Below the pieces are notes generated by a model. That model saw nothing but the letters and a program-made list of their open reading frames with translations, was not told the DNA's origin and did no database searches. Source: an uncultured Candidatus Binatia bacterium (GTDB lineage Bacteria; Desulfobacterota; Binatia; Bin18). From it: a stretch of DNA of 64,000 bases. The stretch lies in the NCBI GenBank assembly GCA_965214605.1, contig OZ243961.1, positions 2,432,001 through 2,496,000 on the forward strand. Reading direction: 5' to 3'. Below, piece by piece: positions 20,962 through 30,831 of the stretch. The position numbers and the translations under genes are program-made. How positions within the stretch are numbered: position 1 is the first letter of the stretch; each line of letters begins with the position of its first letter.

Positions 20962-21115
20962 GTCGAGGTGCTGAGAGGCATGACATTTACGGTTGAACGC
21001 GGCAAGTTCTTCGAACTCCTCGGATCCAATGGGCGGGCAAATCGCCATGATCAATATTTTGCTTGACCTCATTCTGGCCGATGGCGGCTCAATTCGGGTG
21101 TTTGACACCGATTTT
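20962..21115 (+). pseudogene. N-terminal remnant of an ABC transporter ATPase
   Basis: VEVLRGMTFTVERGKFFELLGSNG/GKS then MINILLDLILADGGSIRVF; Walker A region frameshifted, rest missing. Confidence 0.65.
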
Positions 21116-21554
21116 GCCGTGCAGCCGGTCTCCACGCCCTATGTAAGGCTGGCTGCAGCCTTGACAACATGAACGAGGCGAGGGTGGTTCGTGAGAATTT
21201 TGGTGGGGGTATAGCCATATCTATCTCGACGACTTCGAGCAACAGCTCAATCCCTTCCTGCGACAGCTAGTCCCATCCGAAGGCGCGCATTGTTGAGCCT
21301 CCCGCTCAAGCACCCAAGTCTAGAACACGCGTTCATCGGAGGTCGTGCGGGGGGAACTCTAAGCACCTACGATACGGCACCATTTCCGTCACGCTCCGTC
21401 TTTCTCCTCAGCCTTAGTTTGGAGGGTGATGTGTAAGTTCTACTGTATCTGTTATCGGAGCCCAGACCGGATTTTCGATATCGTCTGCCGGCCGGTGATC
21501 TTGTTACTGTTGGAGGGGTTCATACCTACTTATGCCTTCTCAAAAGCAGTTCTC

Positions 21555-22302
21555 ATGAAGATAGAGGAGACAGGCCGTATATCCTCCGCACGCTCATAGG
21601 GTTGGGAAGACGGCCACCGTTTTTCATCTTTCGGTGGCACTGGCCCGCCTAGGCTATTCGGTGTTCCTCACCATCGCCATAGACCCCTAGGCGAATCTGT
21701 CTTTGTGCCTCGGACTCCAACATCCCAGCGAGGTGCGTAGGACAACCTCTGAGCCGGGCGTGTCCCTGATCTACGGGGACATCCGGCCGACCGCCCTGGA
21801 GCGAGAGATAGACAGAGTAAGGCATTCGCGAAGCTGACCTTGCGGCGATGTCTCAAACCACTGTCCTTGGAAGACACTCACAGCGTCCCGATCGACTGCC
21901 CCCTTCCCTGTTCTATTTGACCGTCTGAATGCGCTGGTCGCCTCACAGTACTGTCTGATCCCGTTTGTGTCGGGCTTGCGCTTCAGCTTTGAGGGTTTGA
22001 CTAGTGGAAAGCCTGATCGGCGAGCTCCAGGCCCACAACGAAGCCCTCATCCTTCTCGGCGTCCTGCTCAACGTGCACGACGGGCTGCAAGAAGATTCAC
22101 CAGGCCATGCTTGGCAGTATTCGCCAGAAATTCGGCCCGAAAGCCTTTGCTACGACCACTAGCCTCTCGGTCAAGATCGCAGAGACGAGCGCTGAGAGGG
22201 AAGTGGACATTCCAGCACGACAGAAAAAGCACGGGCGCGCGATATTTCATGGCACCGGGGGGAGAGGTCTTGAGCCGCCTGGGGCTGGCCCCGCTCATCT
22301 AG
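21555..22302 (+). pseudogene. ParA/Soj family ATPase remnant
   Basis: GVGKTATVFHLSVALARLG...IDP*ANL; IDCP; NALVASQYCLIP; LLGVLLN; KFGPKAF...SVKIAE...STGARYF, with stops and frameshifts. Confidence 0.8.
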
Positions 22303-22859
22303 GAGGTGGCGACTGAGGTTGAGAGAGGGCAAGCCCACTTCGACCGCCCTGTGCCCTGCCGGTAGGAGCCGCTTTTGTCTCTTTTCGGAGTACGTCCGCC
22401 CGAGAAAGAGTCCTCCGGTACTCCCCTAGATCAGAGTACCACTGGAGGGTCCTTCATATTATCCTACTTGGGCCCAACGGGTCGGTCCTCAGCCTTTGGC
22501 ACTGACGACCAACCCAAAGGCTCTTCGCCACAAGCAGCCATCCTGCTTGCACCGCGGCAATGGGAGGTTCGCCAGCTCCCGCAGGGCATCGCCGCGGATA
22601 GACCGGTTCGACAAATCGCCAATCGGCTCAGAGTCTCTATATAAAGGGGATAAAAAGGCAATTCGTGTCCCCAAGCAGGTCTGGGATGTTCAGGGCTTTC
22701 AGGTTGCCTTTGAGACAACGATAGAGGTCCGAAAGTGGGCATTCAACGAGGCGCGTGGAATTGCCAGACGTACCCCTACTAGTCCCAAACATTCAGGACC
22801 ATCCCGCCTCAGTATGTATGCAAGAAGAGTATATACACCAAGGCGACAGACCTAGCAGC

Positions 22860-23103
22860 AGAACTCCTCCAGGTCTGCCTTACCTTCCGAACTAACTGGA
22901 AGATTCGGGAAGTCACGCTCATTGTTGTTACCGGCTCCTCTCCGGGGAAATGGGCAAGACAGCTTTTCAGCTGCCGTTGTGGCGAGCGAGGAAGCTCGGG
23001 TAAGGAAGGATTGGCATCCGCAGTACGGATACCCACGTTTAAGCAAAACGGCACTCTACTGATTACCGTGCACGATATTAATACGCAAGTGCTAAGAGGG
23101 TAG
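22860..23103 (+). pseudogene. Possible DnaB-like helicase fragment
   Basis: GLPT..ELTGRFGKS/LIVV...MGKTAF across frameshifts resembles DnaB GvPTGF..LT.G....LII.AARPSMGKTAF. Confidence 0.4.
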
Positions 23104-23395
23104 GAGCCAAGATCAGGGCAGCAGGGCACCGCCTAGACCTCCCCGCCTTCCCCGACAGCCCACCCGAGAGAGGGCAGAAGTCTTCCGACGGCACTTGGCT
23201 GCCCCCGAGAAGTAAAACTGGGCAATTGACCGCGAGACTGAGGAGAAAATAGAGACCATGCGGGTAATGCTTACCTAGGTCGGAACGGACAAGCACCAAG
23301 CGATTCTGGTCCAAACCCGAATCGCAGCGGCGCAGGCTATGTTGGCGGTCGCTGCAAGCGTCTGAGGAGCTGAGGGTGTTATGGCACTAGCGGCC

Positions 23396-23766
23396 TCAAG
23401 CAGTCCTTCGAATGGTTAAGAAGACACGGCTGCCGAGCTGACGCAAGACAACGTCTACGGTAACGCCCTTCGTGGCATGGTCAGGGATTAACAACCGCTG
23501 CGCCTCGTTAGACTAGGGAGAAGGACGCATTCAGGGCGCTTCGCAACGGCGGGCGACCAGCGGCCACCCGCGCGTGGGTTGGAGCGGGACGGCGTGGCCT
23601 TTGCGGATCGTCGTCGCGAGCAGTTCCCGCAGGCAGTTCTTCGCCTCGGCCGACGCTTTCTCACGGATCACTCCATCAGCGACTCCCCACCCGGAGTCCG
23701 GAAATGTGACGACGAACCGGCCCAGCTGTGTTCTGTACGATTTCTGCAGGATAGTTGAAAGTGCAT
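23396..23766 (-). pseudogene. HicB family antitoxin remnant
   Basis: FNYPAEI..GRFVVTFPDSGWGVADG..EKASAEAKNCLRELL and C-terminal QRLLIPDHATKGVTVDVVLRQLG; frameshifted; no hicA seen. Confidence 0.75.
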
Positions 23767-24859
23767 GGTATGGGGCGCTACTCGTTCATGCAAACATGCA
23801 AATAATTTCACATAGAATGATTTGAGAACTAAGCAAAAATGTGTTTGACAAATTCACGATCAGTCTTCCAGAGAGACGAGGCGAAGCTCTCCTAGCCCCC
23901 ACCTAAATGGGGAGAGAACTCGGCTGCTTGCAGGCGGCTCTGTACTCCCATTTCAGCTTGCTGCAGACTCCTTGCTCCTTGCTGGCCTGCTGGATAGTTC
24001 TAGTTTCCCACTCCGTCAGAAGCACGCTCTAGGGCTGCGGCTACAGGGAACATTTTGGAAGCAGCTGTTCCTCCTGACGCTGCCAGCGCATTCCCTTCCA
24101 ACGTCAGGGGGTGCGTTCTTCGCAATTCCGAGGGCTGCGAGCATTGTGTTGAGGAGGGTCTTTCCTACTTGCTTTTTTCCAATCCTTAAACTGTGCTGTT
24201 CCGAGCGCTCCCATAGAGCGTCCCATGCGAGCCGAGTCTATGAATCATACCGACAGGCCCCTGGCTTGGCCCATTTCCGCGCGGGTTGGATGAATGGTCG
24301 ACCGGTTCCCGTCTGGCCCCCTGTTTCCTGCGGGCGAGGGTAGCCTTAATAGCCCTTGCTCGGGGGCCACTCTGCGTACAAAAGTGCGTTACCCTCTGTG
24401 GAGATAGGAAGTTGAGGAGTTGGGAGCAGATGATGCTCTCAGCCGTATTGATCCTAGGCTGACTGTAAGAATGGGGAGGTATTTACGTGATTTTTTCTGA
24501 CGGTTTCGTTCCCTCCCTGGGAAAAAAGTCCGTAAAAGCAGGGGAGTAGCAGGGGAGTAGCAGGATATACAACGTGTGATACAATACTGCTGAATTTGTG
24601 AGGAGCGGGTAAGGTGATTCGGTCAATACCTCCATCCTCCCGCCCACCTTCCCGAGTGCGCTACATCTGCGCTCCTCCCTGAGAAAGACGAAGCGTTCAA
24701 ACGACTCACTTGATGTTTTCAGCATGCCTTGCGCCAAGCCAAGAAGCGCAGCTTGCTCACGGGGTTTGAGAGAGCCTGACAGGTCGTCTCCCTAGCATTT
24801 TGCTGTTGGCATAGAGGGGGACGGTGAGGGCGGTGTCAAGGTGGGTGACCGGCTGCCCG

Positions 24860-25752
24860 GGCCGGCCAGCCCCAAGTTCCTCACGGACCCACCTCCCCTG
24901 GCTCCCCCCTGCTTCCCGGGGCGTCCGAGGGCTCTCCCCCACTATCCGGGAGCAGAGGCCGCCCCAGGCCGGCCTTCCGCATGAACAGGGGGCCGCTGAG
25001 GGGCTGGGTCCCCCCCCCCCCCACGCCCTTGGCAGGCTGTGGGGGCCTTCGGCAACGCTCCTGAGCCGGCCAGCCCCACTCCTCCCGCAACCGGGCCGGG
25101 CCGCTGTCCGGGCCGGCCCCCTGCCGGCCCTACCACGCCCGCCACGCCTGTGGCACCGTCCTCCGGGGGGGCTTCTCATGAGGCCCAATCGCCTGTCGTA
25201 CGGTTGCCCCGCCGCGGGTGGCGGGCAAAGGGGAGAAACAGGCGCGGGGCATCCAAGCCCCTAACTACCTACTTCCGTAAAGAGATATGGAGTCAGCCCG
25301 AGCCGCAGTTTAGAGGCGAGTACTATCAGTTTTCCAGCATTACCTCTTACCCGCCTCCTGTCCAACAGCCCCATCCACCACTTTGGGTTGGCGGAAATAG
25401 TAAACGGGCCATGCGACGCGTGCTGGAACTCGGCAATGGCTGGCAGCCCGGCTGGTCACGTCCAGAGCAGTTACGGCAGGAATTGGAAGATTTTGAGCGG
25501 GTGGCCAAACAGGTGGAACGAGACCCCAAAAGCATCGAGCTGTCCCTCATCCGTCCCCTTCAAATTCTCGATGAGGCCAAGGAGCCACACCGCCCGTTAA
25601 TCGGCATGCCTGAGCAGATTGCCGAGGATATTCGTGAATATCAGCGGCTTGGGGTGAGTCATTTGGTATTCAACTTTCGGACCAGCTACATATCTGAAGC
25701 GGTTGAGACGGTTGAGCGCTTTGCCACCGAGGTACGGCCGTTGGTGGCATAG
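24860..25752 (+). pseudogene. LLM class (F420-type) oxidoreductase with intact C-terminal half and garbled N-terminal half
   Basis: From about 25270: FRGEYYQF...PVQQPHPPLWVGGNSKRAMRRVLELGNGW...FATEVRP; the upstream GC-run region retains only traces. Confidence 0.7.
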
Positions 25753-25860
25753 TAGTGCCCTTTGACTCATCAAACACATATGGAAGAAGAGTCATGACGT
25801 TCTTTCGGAAGAGCGCCTAAGAGGTGATGTTGATCTATATGGTAGACCAAAGGCTTGGCT

Positions 25861-26190
25861 TATTAATCCTTCCGAAATAGTTGCCATCAGAGTGCAGCAT
25901 ACCGTCTCAGAGGATCCTTCAATCAGCTCTTCCCGAATGCTGGAAGTTTGTGCCCTCGCCGCAGATAGGAGACAAGCCTCGCTCGCCGCTCTTCTCGCGA
26001 AGTGAGGCCCTTCTGACCAAGGGCAGTGTGTTTCAGGTGGTCCCCCCCCACTCGTCAGGGGTGAGCTCGGGCGAATACGCCCCTAGATACTGCCGCGCAA
26101 GTCGACCACCCTCCTCCTAGGCAAATCGCTTCACCGTCTACGCCTGATGGATCGCAGGTTAGTCCCTGACAAGCAAAAGCGGTGCGCTCG
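25861..26190 (-). mobile_element. IS630-family transposase C-terminal remnant with probable right end
   Basis: LLLVRD*PAIHQA..YLGAYSPELTPDE..HLKH..LVSYLRR..KLP..RYAA matches the IS630 LPxYSPELNPDE region; ends in ...GGATTAATA. Confidence 0.75.
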
Positions 26191-26639
26191 ATACAAGCGG
26201 CGTGCGGCCCCCCTCCCGGGACCCGCGGGAAGCATCAGCCCCCCCCTCCCCCGCTGCCTCACCGAAGCAGAGCTGTGTTCCAAGACACGTTGTTGCCTCG
26301 GAGAATCCGCTGCCTTCCCCCGCCGTCCCGCTTCCGGCCGCTGCTGAGACGCCCGCCAGAGCGGCCGCTAGGCGCTCACTCCCCTCTGCCTCAGCAGCCG
26401 ACCTACCGAGCTCTGGCTCCGCCGCCCCCGCTAGGCCATCAGATCATGCCAGCGCCGCCGTCCCCAATGCACCAGGAAAATGCAACTGCCACCGACTCTT
26501 CCCAAGCCTCGGGGCTTCACCGCCACTTCATAGCCCGCGCCGCCACGTCGGCGGGCGCCCGCCGACGTGGGCGCACCTCGCGCTTGCCCCACCCGCCGAC
26601 ACGAGACCGCAACCCCGTGCGCCAATTCCCACCCCGAGC

Positions 26640-26915
26640 CACGCCAGCCGGCCTGTCGCCGGCTGGCTGTCAGGATGGCCACAGGCACGCCGCCCTGATG
26701 GCAGGCACCCTCAAAAAGCTGCTTGTCGGCTCCGTCCAAAAGCCCGGCCCGCTTGACCTCGACAAACACCGCTGGCTTATTCGCCGGATGACGCAATGCA
26801 TAATCGACCCGCCGTCTCTCAAGTGGGAACTCGCGAATAACAATCTGAATATCGCTACAGGCTATCCGAGCTTACGCAACGCTAGCGAAAGAATAACTAC
26901 GGAAACATCCACCTT
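26640..26915 (-). pseudogene. Restriction endonuclease (HsdR N-terminal-like, PD-(D/E)xK) remnant
   Basis: LRKLG*P..IVIREFPLERRRVDYALRHPANKPAVFVEVKR..QLFE...GVPVAILT. Confidence 0.7.
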
Positions 26916-27097
26916 GGAACGGAAAGTATCACTCTGTAGTTTTTCCTTACTTTTCCGATGTGATCCGAAATGGCTATCAGTTGCTTCCCTTGATCAAAGG
27001 GAAATCACTGTATATCAACACAAAGCAGTGGGAAAATTATTAGCTGTCAACAGCGGATGGAAATAGGCGCCTCTTCCTCATCGTTCCAGAATTTAGT

Positions 27098-28219
27098 ATG
27101 TCTCCTCGGATTGTCGTCGTCGGTGCGGGCATCATTGGGGCTTCCATCGCCTTCCACCTCTCTCAGCGGCCGGTCCGCCTCACCGTGCTTGATCGGGCTG
27201 AGCCGGGGGCGGGAGCGTCGGGTCATTCGTTTGCGTGGATCAACGCCTCAGCGAGCAAAGAGCCGGCTTCCTATCACGACCTGAATCGCCAGTCGGTTGA
27301 TATGTGGGATCGGTTTACCCGGAATCTGGCCGCCGATGTCGGACTGCGCTGGGGAGGCGAGCTGGGCTGGGCTACGACCCCGGCCGAGGCCGAGGAACTG
27401 CGCACCGCAGTCGCAGTCTTACAGCAGCGTGGACACGACAGTCGGCTGCTAAGCAAGGCCGAGTGTCAGACACTAGAGCCAGGGCTGCGGCTCGATCGCT
27501 TTGTGATCGGAGCTCTGAGCCCCAACGACGGCCAGGTCGATCCAGCCCTGGTGATTCGAGCTTGCCTTGAGCAGGTACAGGCGCGGGGTGGGGTGGTACA
27601 GGCTCAAACGCGTGTCACTGGCTTTCAGCTTGAGCCTGCGACTGGGCAGGTGAGTATGGTGCAGACTGACCAAGGCACGTTACCCTGTGATCGGGTAGTC
27701 CTAGCCGCAGGTTTGGGTGCGACCGAGCTGGCCGGGCAGCTCGGTATTCCCTTGCCGCAACAGCGCAGTCCCGGAGTGGTGGTATGGACCGACCCACAGC
27801 CCCGGCTGTTCAAAACTCTGGCTGTACTCAATATACCTGGGTTAGGGAGTGATCAGCTAGGATTGCATATCTGCCAGCGGGCCGGCGGAATGGTCGTCAT
27901 TGGGGAAGGCAGCCAGGAACGCCTGGCCAGCGATGATTCTCAAGCCCATGCTAATGCGCTGTTATTACGTGCCAAGCGGTATCTGCCAGCGTTGACTATG
28001 GCCCGTGCCCTACGTGTTCCGGTCGGTTATCGTCCGATGCCGGCGGACGGCTATCCGGTGATCGGCTGGAGTCGGGCTGTGCCCAATGTCTATGTGGCGG
28101 TGATGCACAGCGGGGTGACTCTGGCCCCACTGGTCGGGGAGTGGGGCGCAATGGAGATTATCGATGAGGTGAAGGTTGATCTCTTCGCACCCTATCGGGC
28201 GGAAAGATTCAGCTATTAG
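27098..28219 (+). CDS. FAD-dependent oxidoreductase (DAO/glycine oxidase family)
   Basis: GAGIIG, GASGHSFAWIN, RPMPADGYPVIG, HSGVTLAP motifs. Confidence 0.9.
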   Translation: MSPRIVVVGAGIIGASIAFHLSQRPVRLTVLDRAEPGAGASGHSFAWINASASKEPASYHDLNRQSVDMWDRFTRNLAADVGLRWGGELGWATTPAEAEELRTAVAVLQQRGHDSRLLSKAECQTLEPGLRLDRFVIGALSPNDGQVDPALVIRACLEQVQARGGVVQAQTRVTGFQLEPATGQVSMVQTDQGTLPCDRVVLAAGLGATELAGQLGIPLPQQRSPGVVVWTDPQPRLFKTLAVLNIPGLGSDQLGLHICQRAGGMVVIGEGSQERLASDDSQAHANALLLRAKRYLPALTMARALRVPVGYRPMPADGYPVIGWSRAVPNVYVAVMHSGVTLAPLVGEWGAMEIIDEVKVDLFAPYRAERFSY

Positions 28220-28226
28220 GGGCGGA

Positions 28227-30482
28227 TCAGAACCGGAACCGTACGCCGCCGAATATCCCAAACGGTGCGCCAGGACTCAGAAAACGTTCAACTCCTGTCT
28301 CGTCAAGAGTATTCTCAAACAGTGCGCCGTAGCTCTCATACTCTTTGTCAAACAGATTCTCGCAGCGAACAAAGATATCAAAACGTTCGGTCTTATGGGC
28401 CAGCTGGATGTTAGTGACAAAATACGGATCAAGCCTGGTGTGGGTGTTGGCCTCATCGCCACGAAGATACTGACCGTCTACATAGGCGCCATCAAAACTA
28501 AACCACAGACGGGCAGGGAGGGCGATTTCTAGACCGCCATTTACCCGGTGGGCTGGCACCAGCGGTAACCGGTCGCCGGCTTTGACCTGGGCCAGGCGTT
28601 TTTCGTTGGCAAAGGTGAACAAGTGCGCTTCATCTTCGAAGGTTGCTTCAGTCAGGGTGTAGTTGGCAAACCAGCTGCCCCAGCTCCAGCGGCCGCGCAG
28701 TAGGAACTCAAGACCCTGACGGCGGGTGGCCTCGACATTCTGAAAGAAGCCTAACACCCGGCTCTTAGGCTCGTTGCGGAACAGAATGTCATCTTTGAGA
28801 TCGGTCCGATAGAAGACAAGCGAAGCCTGGAGGTTCGGTGGGGAAGACCAGCGCAGGCCGGTTTCCCACGTCTTGCCCTTGACCGCTTTGAGCGGTGGAT
28901 CGTCGACGATGGCGGTTGGCACCGGACAGGGCGCTTCAGGGTTGGCGCAGGTCAGCTCAATCGCTGTTGGTGCACGGTAGCTCTGGCTGTAGCTGGCGTA
29001 TAGGTCGAGGTTCTCGGTCAGTTGGTAGCTAGCGCCGATGGCCGGGTTGAAGCGGTCAAAGGTGTGGCTACCGCCGGCGTCTGTACCGTTGTCTTCTTCA
29101 TCGCCGGCAAGGCGGTCTGTAATCTTCAGATAGGTGACATCGTAGCGGCCAGACACAGTGACGGCCAGTCTCTCAATCGGTTCGAATGTGGTGGTGAGAA
29201 ACGGGCCGCCAGCATGGGTTTGGGTTTTGACGTTGGTTTCGATCTCAAAACCTTCTTCCTCCTGTTTCTGTTCCTCGGCATCTTCATCAAGGTCCTCGAA
29301 CAGATGTCCTTCAAATTCGTCGTCTTCCTCCCCTTCTAGTTCGGCAATCATATGATCGAGCCGCGCGCCGCCGTAATCTACGCCTGCAGCGATGGTCAAC
29401 GGGATACCAAACACCTGTCCCTGGTAGGCTAGCTGCGCGGTTGTCCCCCAGCTCTTCTGATTGGTCCGAGCATCGACATCCTCTTCAACATCGCGATTGA
29501 ACTGGTCCACGTCGAGCAGCCGACCGAACAGCTGGGTAGACAGGGTGAGCTCAGGGGCGATCTTGCGCTGATAGACGCCATTCAGAAACCACAGCACGGG
29601 CTGGAAGCGGTCGGGATGGGTAAAGACGGCGGAGCGGTCGCGTTTGAGTCGACTCTCGGGTAGGGGGCCGTTGCCGGTTAAGCGGTTATGGACCGAGGTC
29701 AGCGACAGGCTGGCATTCTGGACTTTGTCCATATAGCCGAGTTTGCTAAACACGTTGCCGACATGACCGTCGGAGAAATCTCGAAAGCCGTCTTCGAGAA
29801 AAAAACTGCCCGACAGGAAGTAGTCGAATTTGCCACGGCTGCCACCGGTTTGCAACAGAGTCCGCAGCCGACCAAAACTGCCGCCCCAGACTTCAGCGTT
29901 GGTCCCCGGATGGCTGAAACCTCGCTTGGTGCGCATGACAAGCGCGCCGCCGAGGGTATTCCGGCTATAGACCGGGTTTGAGCCGGGGATTAGTTCAATC
30001 CGGTCAATCGCATCGCTCGGAATCAGGTCCCAATTGACCTGGTCGGCCAGGGGTTCGTTAACCCGAGCCCCGTCCACAAATACGCTCAGACCCGGGGGGG
30101 TGCCAATCAGAAACGAACTGGTAAAGCCGCGGTAGCTGAAGTCGGGCTGAAACGGGTTGTTCTGGACGTGGGTAAGATTGATGCCGGCGAATTCTCGAGA
30201 CAGAAAGTCGGTCATATTGAGGGCTCCGCGGTTGGTCAGGCGTTCGCCGGTGGTGATCTGGACGTTGGCTGGTACCTGCTTGCGAGACAGGCCAAGACCC
30301 ATTAACGGTGTCGTTCCCCGAACCTCTATATCGGGCAGACTCACCGGCGCTTGCTGGGGGGAGACTGTCTGGGCTGGGGCGTAGGGGACATCGGCGAGGC
30401 TCAACAAGCCTGCCAGAACAAGGATATAATACAATATTCTTGTCTTTATTAAGGTCTGGAGATGAGCGGCAATACCGTTCAC
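28227..30482 (-). CDS. TonB-dependent receptor, LutH/LanA (lanthanide uptake)-like
   Basis: Signal peptide, plug NPFQPDFSYRGF..GTPPGLSVFVDGARVNEP..VNWDLIP, C-terminal NLFDKEY...RF. Confidence 0.85.
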   Translation of the reverse strand: MNGIAAHLQTLIKTRILYYILVLAGLLSLADVPYAPAQTVSPQQAPVSLPDIEVRGTTPLMGLGLSRKQVPANVQITTGERLTNRGALNMTDFLSREFAGINLTHVQNNPFQPDFSYRGFTSSFLIGTPPGLSVFVDGARVNEPLADQVNWDLIPSDAIDRIELIPGSNPVYSRNTLGGALVMRTKRGFSHPGTNAEVWGGSFGRLRTLLQTGGSRGKFDYFLSGSFFLEDGFRDFSDGHVGNVFSKLGYMDKVQNASLSLTSVHNRLTGNGPLPESRLKRDRSAVFTHPDRFQPVLWFLNGVYQRKIAPELTLSTQLFGRLLDVDQFNRDVEEDVDARTNQKSWGTTAQLAYQGQVFGIPLTIAAGVDYGGARLDHMIAELEGEEDDEFEGHLFEDLDEDAEEQKQEEEGFEIETNVKTQTHAGGPFLTTTFEPIERLAVTVSGRYDVTYLKITDRLAGDEEDNGTDAGGSHTFDRFNPAIGASYQLTENLDLYASYSQSYRAPTAIELTCANPEAPCPVPTAIVDDPPLKAVKGKTWETGLRWSSPPNLQASLVFYRTDLKDDILFRNEPKSRVLGFFQNVEATRRQGLEFLLRGRWSWGSWFANYTLTEATFEDEAHLFTFANEKRLAQVKAGDRLPLVPAHRVNGGLEIALPARLWFSFDGAYVDGQYLRGDEANTHTRLDPYFVTNIQLAHKTERFDIFVRCENLFDKEYESYGALFENTLDETGVERFLSPGAPFGIFGGVRFRF

Positions 30483-30664
30483 GGGCCAACGTGAGTTAAT
30501 ACACCCCTCAATGGAATAGACGTGCAGCTAGCGCTGCCTGAGGCCCTCCCGCTGAACATCAGTTCCGTCCAACACTCAGAGCGTTTCGCGTTGTCGCTTT
30601 TATGGTCTAGGCTGAACCTTATCAGGGACTTGAAGAACACTATCAGAGCAGTGACACCCTGAGG

Positions 30665-30670
30665 TATAAT
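30665..30670 (+). promoter_or_regulatory. Possible sigma70 -10 box for nadV
   Basis: Perfect TATAAT about 160 bp upstream of the start; no clear -35. Confidence 0.3.
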
Positions 30671-30831
30671 ACTTTTCACGTGCCTCCCTGTATGATCACC
30701 ACGGTATGAGAACATACCGGCTGGGCTTCGTCAAGGACAAGTTATATAGGAGGCGCGGGGTCAGTGGTTAGTGATGTTAAAGAGGCAGGAAAGGGGGACG
30801 GGCCACTAACCACCACATAAAGTAGGGAAAG

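Noticed and set aside
23800-24750. Possible replication-protein HTH fragment (TIHPTRAEMGQARGLS, minus strand)
   Set aside because: Too short and degenerate to support; the region is left unannotated.
24830-26700. Diversity-generating retroelement explaining the scrambled tracts
   Set aside because: No reverse transcriptase or template/variable repeat pair, and the inferred changes are not adenine-specific.
26182-27066. 294-aa Pro/Arg-rich plus-strand ORF
   Set aside because: A shadow of GC-rich sequence; the opposite strand carries the nuclease remnant.
30577-30600. NAD+-II riboswitch-like AGAGCGTT..GTCGC
   Set aside because: Only a short resemblance; the pairing partners are absent and it lies upstream of the putative -10.
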